DNA from: Phycisphaeraceae bacterium
Lineage (GTDB): Bacteria > Planctomycetota > Phycisphaerae > Phycisphaerales > Phycisphaeraceae
Assembly: GCA_963674705.1 (NCBI GenBank)
Contig: OY771506.1
Coordinates: forward strand, 864,001-928,000
DNA: 64,000 bases
Direction: 5' to 3'
A model generated the notes under the pieces. The model had not been told where the DNA came from. It made no database searches and saw only the letters and a list, made by a program, of their open reading frames with translations. Of this stretch, positions 9,501-18,649 are shown piece after piece; position 1 is the first letter of the stretch, and every line of letters starts with the position of its first letter. Both the position numbers and the translations under genes were made by a program.

Positions 9501-10493
9501 TTATTGCATAGGCATGTCGCACAGGTATTCGCGAAGCGTCCAGTACGGATTAATCCTGGATCCTATCTGCTTTTCAGTAATCCCCGAATCTTTAGCAAAA
9601 GTAAAACATTTACCCTCATCCAACAGAACCACATAACCACTGATTCGACCCCAATCGAAGTCCTCGGTTCTCACCACGACCACGGTCTTGATTTTATGGG
9701 CTTTGATATTTTCAAGCTCGGAAAGGGTGTCATGCGGCCACAGGATCATCGTATCAGGCGTTTTGATAAGAACTTGATCAGCAAGATGTAAATCCTGGCG
9801 GCCCAGACTCTGGCATTGCGGGTACATCTGCTCCGCGCGCTGTACTACCGGTGTTGCGACATCAACCAAGTGTGCCCTGGCATCCGCGAGTCTGGCCTTT
9901 GCGTCAGTGAAGTAAACGGCTACAAGTGAGATCGACAATATGATGGAAGCAAAGATCCTGCCATAAACTCGCCCGGTCGAAGATAATCCAATCGGATATT
10001 TGCGACGGTTCCGGTTCGGTTCACCACACGGATTCGGTATGCCAAGAACAGACTTCTTAATCACATCACCAATCAGACGGGCTTGTTTCTGCACCTTATC
10101 GAGATCAGACGACTTTGATAATGGCAGGTACGCTCCATCTATGAATGACAGGCTGACGACATGCTCTCGAACTGATTGATTGTAAACCAGCACATTTTGC
10201 ATTGCTTCCAATGGGTAGCGTACTCTTAGAGCAAAGAACAGCCCCGTGTACATGGTAACGATACCTTTATCAGCATCGATGGAGGTTGTATGAAACCGGC
10301 CTGTAATATGGGTAAGGGCGGCAAGCAGGAGTAAACTTCCAAGAATCAGAAGATAGATACTACCGAGGGCGTATGCACAAACCAGTGATATCGCACAAAG
10401 CAAAAAATAGAAGTTTGCACAACGAATAACGCCGCGGTGGAACATACCCACGCGGCACTTAATCACCCCCTGCTTATTCTGTCGGACAGCCAT
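9501..10493 (-). CDS. Hypothetical membrane protein (AT-richer gene)
   Basis: 330-aa ORF with about 3 hydrophobic segments and no recognised motif. Confidence 0.6.
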   Translation of the reverse strand: MAVRQNKQGVIKCRVGMFHRGVIRCANFYFLLCAISLVCAYALGSIYLLILGSLLLLAALTHITGRFHTTSIDADKGIVTMYTGLFFALRVRYPLEAMQNVLVYNQSVREHVVSLSFIDGAYLPLSKSSDLDKVQKQARLIGDVIKKSVLGIPNPCGEPNRNRRKYPIGLSSTGRVYGRIFASIILSISLVAVYFTDAKARLADARAHLVDVATPVVQRAEQMYPQCQSLGRQDLHLADQVLIKTPDTMILWPHDTLSELENIKAHKIKTVVVVRTEDFDWGRISGYVVLLDEGKCFTFAKDSGITEKQIGSRINPYWTLREYLCDMPMQ

Positions 10494-10600
10494 CAGCTAT
10501 CTTCTATAAAGTAGTTTGACATTCTGTATCAAATCAACTTCACGATCAGCTGCTTCACGCTTTACATAGTTGTGCTGGAACGGTTCAAGATCGAATGCAC

Positions 10601-11098
10601 TTATCCTGCCGCGGCGAGGTCGTGAGCCTTCTGGATGATTTCGCGGCTGAGTTCCGGCATCGGGTAGTGGACCTGCAGGAACGCACGGAGCTGCTGCTGC
10701 TCGGCGATGCGGAAGTAGACAGCGCGGTCGATGCGGTTGGCGGCGAAGGTGACGGCACGGGCCAGGCGGTTGGCGCTGGCGGCCAGGAGCATTTCGCCAT
10801 CGGGTTCGGTTCGGATGGGCAGCAATTCGAATTGCCAGGCTTGCCGACGGTTCAGGACGCGCAGGGCCTCGGCGTCGAATGCTTCGTGAGTCAGGTCGAT
10901 CGTGCCCGTGAATCGGTGATACTGTTCGACCCAAGCGGTCTCGATGCTGTGCAGTGTGACGTCGAACATGCGTTCGGCCAACACGCCGAAGGGCATGCGA
11001 TGCTGCTTCTGGGCTTCGAGGATCTCAATGACCTGCTGGTCGCTGAGTACGCCTTGCTCGACCAGTATCTGGCCAATTTTGATCGTTTGCTGATTCAC
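10601..11098 (-). CDS. Standalone MshEN / T2SSE N-terminal domain protein
   Basis: GTG start with SD AGGAG. KIGQILVEQGVLSDQQVIEILEAQ matches the MshEN motif. No ATPase domain. Confidence 0.75.
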   Translation of the reverse strand: MNQQTIKIGQILVEQGVLSDQQVIEILEAQKQHRMPFGVLAERMFDVTLHSIETAWVEQYHRFTGTIDLTHEAFDAEALRVLNRRQAWQFELLPIRTEPDGEMLLAASANRLARAVTFAANRIDRAVYFRIAEQQQLRAFLQVHYPMPELSREIIQKAHDLAAAG

Positions 11099-11354
11099 GG
11101 TGAACTCCTGGAAGGACCCATACAACAGCGGCCCACACAAGCCATCGGCGTATCGTGGGTGAAGTGTTAGTCTCCATCATCAGGTTTATTGCGCAGTGCA
11201 AGACAAAATGTGTTGTGTTGCTACAGCCGCGCCAAACGCACTGCCTTCAAGCCGTGCGCACAAATAAATGTCACGATCTCTATAGTGATATCGCGGTCTT
11301 ATGACGGCAGATATTTACCCGTATTACGTACCCGTCACAGTCGATACAGGCCGA

Positions 11355-12701
11355 TCATTCGGCGGATTGCAGCGGTGTAATCTGCTCGACGGTGATAATT
11401 TTGAGCTTGAGGGCGGGGTCGTAGGCGGTTTCGCCCTTGATGCCAACGAGCTTGCCGAGGTATTGAGTGGCATCGATGGAGTCAACGGGGCGGATGTAAG
11501 CCAGGGAACGTCCGCTTGTCGCATCTACGACGCGAAACATGCGGGGCAGCGTCCGGCCGTCGTACACGCTGGAAGCCAGCAAGCGACCGATCGCGTCAAA
11601 CGGAACAGGCTCCAAGACCGGCTCAGGAAGCGGGGCCTGCGAAGCACGCGCGGCGGCGATCACGGCCAAGCCCTCAGCGATCCGCTTATCGTGACGCAGC
11701 AGAGCCAGACGGCTTCGGACGCGGTATGCATCCGACTGCGACAAATCGCCCTTCGATAGCAGCGCCTGGTAGTGGGCAATCAATTCATCCAGCGGCTGCT
11801 CTTCCAGAGGCAAGGCACGCGCGGCTTCAAAACGGGCTTCCAACTCCGCCAGCGGCAGAACCTCGACGGCTGGGCCGGTTTCGGTCGGGGTCTCGGTCGC
11901 TTCTACCGTTTCGGTCGGCTTGGGCTGCTCGCCCAGCATGTCATCCAGCGCCTGATCGGACGTATTGGTTGCACTGACCTCGGCTTCGACTGCCGGCTTC
12001 GGCTCAACAAACGTGCTCGCGGGGTCTTCGGTCGTGGCCGCTTCGTTCGCATCGGGCTGCTGCACTTCCACGACCGGGGTTGGTTCCGGTTCGGGGGTGG
12101 GCTCGATAACGGCCGGCTCCGGCTCGACAGCGGGTTCGGGCTCGACGACGGGCTCTTCAACCGCTTCCGGTTCATCCGGCGTTTCCGGTTGCGTTTCCAT
12201 GCTCAGGGCACGTCGGACTGAGCCCGGCGGCAGGTAGACGTAGGCATTAGGCGGCGGCACGATCTTGTAATGGCTGCCCTCTTCATCCACTATCTGGACG
12301 CCGTCACCCTGATTGAGAATAACCTGAACACGGTAACTGCCGGCGGGGCCGTTGACGTCGGCGGCATAAACACGGCTGCGGTCGGCATTGACGACCCCTA
12401 CCGTTCCGTCGTTCTTGGCATCCACGAAAGCCTTGGAGATATAGCTGTAAAAGCCTTCGGGCGGGACGATCTTGTACCAACCGACGATAACCTCATCGAC
12501 CTGGACGAGTTGTCCTTTGTTCAGTTCACCGACGCGGTAGAAGCGGTCGTTGCCGCCGGCCCGGACGTCTGTCTGGTTCTGGATAACAACGCCGGTAAAC
12601 GGTACGTCCTGAGCGTAAGCTTGACGTAACAGTCCGGGGCAGACCGTTAGAAACAAGGCCAGCAGGCAGAAAGTGGCCGAGGTGAGTTTTCCGGTTCGCA
12701 T
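11355..12701 (-). CDS. Secreted protein with two SH3b-like domains and a Pro/Glu-rich linker
   Basis: SD AGGAGG and signal peptide; DVRAGG..FYRVGELNKGQLVQV..WYKIVPP..YISKAFV and a second copy (HYKIVPPPNAYVY); EPEP linker. Confidence 0.8.
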   Translation of the reverse strand: MRTGKLTSATFCLLALFLTVCPGLLRQAYAQDVPFTGVVIQNQTDVRAGGNDRFYRVGELNKGQLVQVDEVIVGWYKIVPPEGFYSYISKAFVDAKNDGTVGVVNADRSRVYAADVNGPAGSYRVQVILNQGDGVQIVDEEGSHYKIVPPPNAYVYLPPGSVRRALSMETQPETPDEPEAVEEPVVEPEPAVEPEPAVIEPTPEPEPTPVVEVQQPDANEAATTEDPASTFVEPKPAVEAEVSATNTSDQALDDMLGEQPKPTETVEATETPTETGPAVEVLPLAELEARFEAARALPLEEQPLDELIAHYQALLSKGDLSQSDAYRVRSRLALLRHDKRIAEGLAVIAAARASQAPLPEPVLEPVPFDAIGRLLASSVYDGRTLPRMFRVVDATSGRSLAYIRPVDSIDATQYLGKLVGIKGETAYDPALKLKIITVEQITPLQSAE

Positions 12702-12903
12702 GTCATGCCTCCTGATCGTCCATCCGTGCAGCGCGGTGATCGCGCGGAATAAGCCTGCTTGACGGTATCGCGGGCGCGAACGAGCGTCAAGCAAGCAGTT
12801 CTATTGTACGAGAGATAACCCGACGTGGTTTGTGGATTTACACAAAACACGATTGACGAAAAAACCTGCTTGGAATAACAGGATTTAAGCGCAAGATCGC
12901 CTA

Positions 12904-13737
12904 TCAGCCAGACGGCGGCAACGGGGGGCCGGACGTCGGGGGCGGCTTACTGGGGCTGGCGGTGGCACGACGGCAGATATCCACCAGGTCGTGTAACGCT
13001 TCACTCACCTCCGAAGCGTCGGTCTTGCTGGAGTGATTCAGCTCCTGCTGGGCCGCCACGGCCGAGGCGCGGATTTCCACGTAACCGTGGCTGGTCGCGT
13101 TTCGCTTGATCAAATCCAGCTCATCCCGCAGCTTCTGGATATCGCGCTGACGCTGGGCGGCCAGCAGCGACTCGATCGTGTCCGGCAGGTTCGACACGAA
13201 CCGGCGGAGCATCATCATCAATTCAGGATAAGCGGCCAGCTCGCTGGTCACCTCGTCGGGGCGAGCCAACACGTATCGCCGGGTCCGTTCACGCTCCACA
13301 AGTGAGCCGGCGGTTTCGTTCAGGCCCGACGGGTCCATCGGCTTGCGCAACAACTCATCGCAGCCGGCCTCAATGCAACGCTTCCCGATGCGGCGCGGGG
13401 ATTGATCCGTCAACGCCAGTATCGGCCCGGCGTACTGCGCAGCACGCAGCCGTTCAGCCACTTTAAAGCCTTCGGCGCCAAAAGCCTGGAGGTCCAGGAT
13501 GACAAGGTCATAGGGTTCCAGGAGCCGATGTGCCTGTGAGAGAGATTCCAGGGCTTCATCGGCGTTACTGGCAAAATCAACGATCGCCCCGGCCTGCTTG
13601 AGGTCGGAAGCGATGCGGAAACGCGAAACGTCTTCTCCATCAATGAGCAACACACGCGATAGATGTAACGATGCTGCAGCCGTAGGCGCTGCACCACCAA
13701 AGGCGCAATCATTGAACTGATCCCAATGGTCAGTCAT
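12904..13737 (-). CDS. Response regulator receiver plus Hpt-like domain
   Basis: VLLIDGED, DLVILDL, ILALT, GCDELLRKP; C-terminal helical Hpt-like bundle. Confidence 0.8.
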   Translation of the reverse strand: MTDHWDQFNDCAFGGAAPTAAASLHLSRVLLIDGEDVSRFRIASDLKQAGAIVDFASNADEALESLSQAHRLLEPYDLVILDLQAFGAEGFKVAERLRAAQYAGPILALTDQSPRRIGKRCIEAGCDELLRKPMDPSGLNETAGSLVERERTRRYVLARPDEVTSELAAYPELMMMLRRFVSNLPDTIESLLAAQRQRDIQKLRDELDLIKRNATSHGYVEIRASAVAAQQELNHSSKTDASEVSEALHDLVDICRRATASPSKPPPTSGPPLPPSG

Positions 13738-13891
13738 CGCCGAAACTCCGTGCCTCCACGGGTACAGCCCGGCCCTGACCGGGAAAGTCCATGCGGGTTA
13801 TACATCGGCGATGGCAACGGGTTACTCAAGTCGTAGTGCCAGCGTCCGGATATTGCACGAACGGTTGTGCCGGGTGCAACAGTTGCGCTAA

Positions 13892-14461
13892 TCAGATAAA
13901 CAGGAAAAGTGTTTCTATAAAAAACACACTGACAAGCAGTAACAACGTGGCATACGTATGGCTGGGATTGACCGACCCTTTGGCTTTCCCCAGACCAAAA
14001 TGCGTTCCGAGCCCGTGCCAGAGCAGGAAGCTCAACGGCATGCAGAGACCGCCGAACAGCCACAACTGCCATGCGGGAGCACCGAGATCCAGCAGGTTGC
14101 CCGCGTCGGCGATGTGGTCGAACGATCCGACACCCAGGTACGCCCCGTTTGCCAGGAGGCAGAAACCCGCAAAAAAGCGCAGCAGGTAACTGAATCGAGC
14201 CTTGCACAACATTGCTATCAGCCAGGCGATCACTGGCAGGACCACGCCGAACAACGGCCCGGCCCAGACAGTCCATAATGGATGGGGAATGTGTTTGTAT
14301 TCAGTCGAAGAGAAGCCGAACGGCGGCAGGTTCACACGAGCCACCGCCCCACCGCTGGTCCAGGCGCCGAGCACGTGGCCGAATTCATGCACGATCATCA
14401 TCCCCAACCAGGTCAGGCCCAGTGTAGAGACAATCAGGATGATTTGATGCTTGCGATTCAA
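13892..14461 (-). CDS. M50-like membrane metallopeptidase family protein
   Basis: HEFGH in a TM helix, WAGP, DAG; multiple TM segments. Confidence 0.7.
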   Translation of the reverse strand: MNRKHQIILIVSTLGLTWLGMMIVHEFGHVLGAWTSGGAVARVNLPPFGFSSTEYKHIPHPLWTVWAGPLFGVVLPVIAWLIAMLCKARFSYLLRFFAGFCLLANGAYLGVGSFDHIADAGNLLDLGAPAWQLWLFGGLCMPLSFLLWHGLGTHFGLGKAKGSVNPSHTYATLLLLVSVFFIETLFLFI

Positions 14462-14500
14462 GGTAGATGCGGCCTCAGTAACAATGATAAGGCTCCACCA

Positions 14501-16054
14501 TCATTCACCGACCTCATCATTCCGCACTTCCACACGCCAGGCTAAGGCATAATCCCAGGGTTCTTCGTGGATAGCCTCAGAACGCCTGACCTCCAAACGG
14601 TATCGGCCGGGTTCAAGATGTTTCAAATAGATGTGTTCAACGTTATCAACGCGGCTGGCGCTGACAGCCAGCTCGCGCTCTTCGCCTGTTTCATCGGTGT
14701 GAAAAAGATAGAGGTCCAGGTCGGCAAGGCGTGGGATGCCGTACCAGATTGCAGGACTGCCCCCGGTTTCCGAGTTGTCGTCGGTCATGAGGCTGCTGAT
14801 TCGGCGGTGCCAATCGAGAATAATGGACGCTTCGTCCATCGGTGTCTGCAGCCTGAATGTATAGGCGTGTGTCTGGTTGGGCTCGATTTCACGGAAGACC
14901 CAGCCCATACGGTTGGGCAGGTGGACAACCTCATCCGCGGCGACTTCTTCGCTTTCAGCATCACCCGTGTGTGCGGCGGTGATGACCGGCGTGCCCGCCT
15001 GAAGGATTTGCAGGCTCTTATCAAAGTTGACGATCCCCGCGCCAAGATGTTCATCCAACGGTTTGCCCGGCTCGGGTTGCCAGTCCCTGCGCTTAACCGC
15101 ACCGGCAAGCAGAACAGCCTTGATGACCTCGGCCTTATTCGCCAGATGAGCGACGTCCGTCATTTCGTCCGCCGCCTGCAACAGACGCGCGACACAGGCC
15201 GCCACATCGGGTGTGGTGAAGCTGGTGAGTTTGCGCAGCCCGACGATATCGGGTTTACATCGGCCGGCCACTTCGATGCGCGTGTACCCGCCGCTGGACC
15301 CGCCGCTCGGTCCCGGCCGCGCGGTGCCGACAGCGATCACGTTATAAGCAGTACCTAATAGATAAGGAACGGGCGTCTGTATTCCGTTATTAATGCCGAC
15401 ACACATGATCGTGTCATGGTTATCGACCTGCCAGTCAACGCGGCGCAGCACATCGACCGCATTAGGTGGATCGCTGACCCAGGAATGCGTCAACACGCGC
15501 ATCGGCCCACCGACGGGCGGATCGGGGGAACTTGCGTTGAGGTAGCCTTGGCCCATCCAGTCGTGTGCTTCAAAACAATGCACGACGCTGACACCCGGCG
15601 CGAGTCCTGATTGGCCATAGATCTCACGTGCAGTGGCAAACGCATGGCTGGAAATCTTGGATGCGCCGGAGCGTTCTACAAACGTGACACCTTTGAACTG
15701 CGGCGAATTGATATTGGGCAGGTAATTGCCGACGCCGATTTCGACGTGGCCGACGGTGATCCCTTCACCGGTCGGTACGGCGCGGCCCAAACGGGCCTGC
15801 GCGGCGTTGAAACCCAGCAGTTCGTGTAGTGAGGGCGGTTTGGGTCTGGGCCGCTGGACCTGGGGCTGGTTCGTTGCCGGGTCATTGCTCGGTTCGTCCT
15901 CAACTACATCGTCGGGATCAGCAGGGACAGGCGGAGCCTGGGTATCGACGTACTGCTGAGCCGTGGATGCCTGCGGCTGCAGCCACCACGCCGCCACACC
16001 GAGTGTCAGGACGGTCAGCCCGATAAGGATCGTGTTCTTAAGGTCATTCACCAT
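14501..16054 (-). CDS. Subtilase (S8)-like serine peptidase, membrane-anchored or secreted
   Basis: GITVGHVE, SSHA, YNVIAVG, GRCKPDIV, TSFTTPDVA, EVIKAVLLAGA, GAGIVN, DLDLYL..SASRVDNVEHI. Start uncertain. Confidence 0.8.
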   Translation of the reverse strand: MVNDLKNTILIGLTVLTLGVAAWWLQPQASTAQQYVDTQAPPVPADPDDVVEDEPSNDPATNQPQVQRPRPKPPSLHELLGFNAAQARLGRAVPTGEGITVGHVEIGVGNYLPNINSPQFKGVTFVERSGASKISSHAFATAREIYGQSGLAPGVSVVHCFEAHDWMGQGYLNASSPDPPVGGPMRVLTHSWVSDPPNAVDVLRRVDWQVDNHDTIMCVGINNGIQTPVPYLLGTAYNVIAVGTARPGPSGGSSGGYTRIEVAGRCKPDIVGLRKLTSFTTPDVAACVARLLQAADEMTDVAHLANKAEVIKAVLLAGAVKRRDWQPEPGKPLDEHLGAGIVNFDKSLQILQAGTPVITAAHTGDAESEEVAADEVVHLPNRMGWVFREIEPNQTHAYTFRLQTPMDEASIILDWHRRISSLMTDDNSETGGSPAIWYGIPRLADLDLYLFHTDETGEERELAVSASRVDNVEHIYLKHLEPGRYRLEVRRSEAIHEEPWDYALAWRVEVRNDEVGE

Positions 16055-16253
16055 GGTGGATATCGGCCCGATCCATGCGGTGGCTTGGTGTTTCATGCAT
16101 AACGTGCCCGGCGTGCCTGTGGCGATCTTTGTACCACAACCGGACAATGCCCACAGGCCCCTGTTCATTCCGCCGATCAAACACCAGCGGTTCGCCAATT
16201 TCCTATGATGGTGGACCTGTTGGATCAAGATAGGTTGGCACGAAAGGATCGTT

Positions 16254-17384
16254 TTGCGGCAAGTGGATTATCTGATAGTGGGCTCCGGGCTGACGGGTGC
16301 GGTCATCGCGCGGACGCTAGTCGATGCCGGACGTGATGTGCTGATCGTCGAACGGCGGGACCACGTCGGCGGGAACGTGCACGACCACGACCATGAATCC
16401 GGCATCCGCATCCATACCTATGGCCCCCACTACTTCCGGACCAACTCCAACCGCATCTGGGACTTCGTCACACGCTTCGCCGAGTTCTTCAAGTACGAAG
16501 CCAGCCTGAAGACCCTGGTCGACGGCAAACACGAAAACTGGCCCATCGCGGCGAGCTATATCGCCAAACATATCGGACAGGATTGGAAGCCCGAATTCAC
16601 CGGCACGCCGAGTAACTTCGAGGAAGCCGCACTCTCGCTCATGCCGCGCGCGATCTACGAGAAGTTCATCAAGGAATACAACGAAAAACAATGGGGCGTG
16701 CCCGCAAACACACTCAGCGCCGATCTGTGCAAAAGGTTCGACGTCCGGGCCGACGATGAACCGAGATTAAAACCGGACTGCAAACATCAAGGCATCCCCC
16801 TGCCTGGTTACACCTACCTGATGCAGAAGATGATCGAGGGCATCCCGATCGAGCTTGGTTTCGATTACCGGAATCAGCGAAGTGAAGTCAGAGCAAATAA
16901 ACTCACCGTCTTTACGGGCCCGATTGATACGTTCTTCGATTACGAGTTGGGCAAACTTGCTTATCGTGGGCAACAACGTGAGCAGAAGTATTTGAGCGAC
17001 CCGGGTGGCGATGGCTTCGCTCAACCCTGCGGGCAGGTCAACACACCGATGCACGCGCAAGGGCCTTCGATCCGGACGCTGGAGTGGAAGCACATGATGC
17101 CCGCCGAGGCTGCGGCAAAGATCCATGGCACGGTCCTGACAACCGAGACACCCTACACACCCAGCGAGATCGGCGGGTATGAATACCCCTTCCCGGACAG
17201 CCGAAACGCGCAGCTTTACCAGCGCTACCGCAAGCAGGCGGACGACATGCCGGGCGTGCTGGTTTGTGGCCGACTGGGCGAGTACCGATACTTCGACATG
17301 GATCAGGCAATCGCCCGTGCGATGCTGCTGGCGGAGCGTATCCTGAAGGACGAAAAGGACGCGGACAAGCTGCCCAACGGTTAG
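16254..17384 (+). CDS. glf: UDP-galactopyranose mutase
   Basis: IVGSGLTG, HVGGN, HTYGPHYFRT, KQWG, FTGPID, GRLGEYRYFDMDQAI. Confidence 0.93.
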   Translation: MRQVDYLIVGSGLTGAVIARTLVDAGRDVLIVERRDHVGGNVHDHDHESGIRIHTYGPHYFRTNSNRIWDFVTRFAEFFKYEASLKTLVDGKHENWPIAASYIAKHIGQDWKPEFTGTPSNFEEAALSLMPRAIYEKFIKEYNEKQWGVPANTLSADLCKRFDVRADDEPRLKPDCKHQGIPLPGYTYLMQKMIEGIPIELGFDYRNQRSEVRANKLTVFTGPIDTFFDYELGKLAYRGQQREQKYLSDPGGDGFAQPCGQVNTPMHAQGPSIRTLEWKHMMPAEAAAKIHGTVLTTETPYTPSEIGGYEYPFPDSRNAQLYQRYRKQADDMPGVLVCGRLGEYRYFDMDQAIARAMLLAERILKDEKDADKLPNG

Positions 17385-17508
17385 GTATGATAGGGACCGT
17401 AAATGAACGCGAAAGCACGTCAAGGAGGGGCAAGGTCGCTTGCCGATTGTTCCAGGATTCATTTGCGTAATTTGACGTGTATTCGCGGCGAATCCGGTTG
17501 GACTTAAC

Positions 17509-18486
17509 ATGGAAATCACCCAACCCAAGACACCGTCCGTCAGCATTGTCATGCCGACCTACAAGCGGCCGGAGATGATCAAGCGCGCGATCAAGAGCGT
17601 GCTTGAACAGACCGTGACCGACTGGGAACTTGTGATCTCGGACGACGAGGACCCGCCCGGTCAGACGTGGGAATACCTTCAAAGCCTGGCCGCCCGGCAC
17701 AAGCGCATCCGTATCTTCCGAAACACCGGCGACCACGGACAGATCCCCAATAACAACTTCGTGCTTCAGCAGGCACGCGGCACGTGGATCAAACCGCTCT
17801 ACGATGACGACGCCCTCAAGCCCGGCTGCCTCCAGCGCATGCTTGTCGCCACCATGAAACGCCCCGACGCGTCGGTCATCATGTGCCTTGCGGATAATTA
17901 TGTGAACGATGAACTGACCAAGCCCGGCCTGCGCGGTAAAGCATCCACGCTCGAATTCTTAAGCTCGGATGATGCGCTGCTGGCCTGCTACCTGCAGGAC
18001 CTCGAGGTGGGCACGCCCGTGCAGTGCATGGTGCGCGGTGAAGATATCCGCACAGGCATCTACTGGGAAAACCCCGGCGAGATGAACTCCGCGTTCGATA
18101 CATGGTGGCTCTACCGCCTGATCGCGCGAGGCGGCATCCTCCTGCTCAACGAACCCTTGATCAATCAGCACTGGGGACATGAGACCGGCACACAGCAAAT
18201 GCAGGACAACCCGCACCTGATGGATAACGACATCGTCCGCCTCAAACAACTGCTCTACCCCCTGATCCAATCCGGCCACAAACCCCCCGCCCTGTCGACC
18301 GTCGAACAACAGGCACGCATCATGCGCGCCATGTTGCGCATCCGCGATAAACAGTACGGCCAGGCCATCAAGCTCTTGTACAACTGCTGGAATCCCCAGT
18401 CCTGGCGCTACGCGATGAGCTGGCTGCGCAACAAACGCCACCCCGGCCGATCACCGCTGATCGACCGGGAAGAGTTGTGGCCGTAG
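17509..18486 (+). CDS. GT2 glycosyltransferase
   Basis: VSIVMPTYKR, WELVISDD, ARGTWIKPLYDDD. Confidence 0.9.
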   Translation: MEITQPKTPSVSIVMPTYKRPEMIKRAIKSVLEQTVTDWELVISDDEDPPGQTWEYLQSLAARHKRIRIFRNTGDHGQIPNNNFVLQQARGTWIKPLYDDDALKPGCLQRMLVATMKRPDASVIMCLADNYVNDELTKPGLRGKASTLEFLSSDDALLACYLQDLEVGTPVQCMVRGEDIRTGIYWENPGEMNSAFDTWWLYRLIARGGILLLNEPLINQHWGHETGTQQMQDNPHLMDNDIVRLKQLLYPLIQSGHKPPALSTVEQQARIMRAMLRIRDKQYGQAIKLLYNCWNPQSWRYAMSWLRNKRHPGRSPLIDREELWP

Positions 18487-18526
18487 GCACAACAGATTCA
18501 ATACTCCTGAAAATCTTCACTTGGGC

Positions 18527-18553
18527 TGTAATGGCTTCGTCTCTGCAGCGTCT
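18527..18553 (+). promoter_or_regulatory. Putative ECF-sigma promoter
   Basis: TGTAAT-N16-CGTC about 100 nt upstream of the 18650 ORF. Confidence 0.4.
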
Positions 18554-18649
18554 TTACATGGGACACGGCGATCTCCTTATTGTCGGCCCGATGGTCATGC
18601 TGTTTGCATTTAAACGCTTGTAAAAAACGACACTCTTTCCTAGGTCAAC

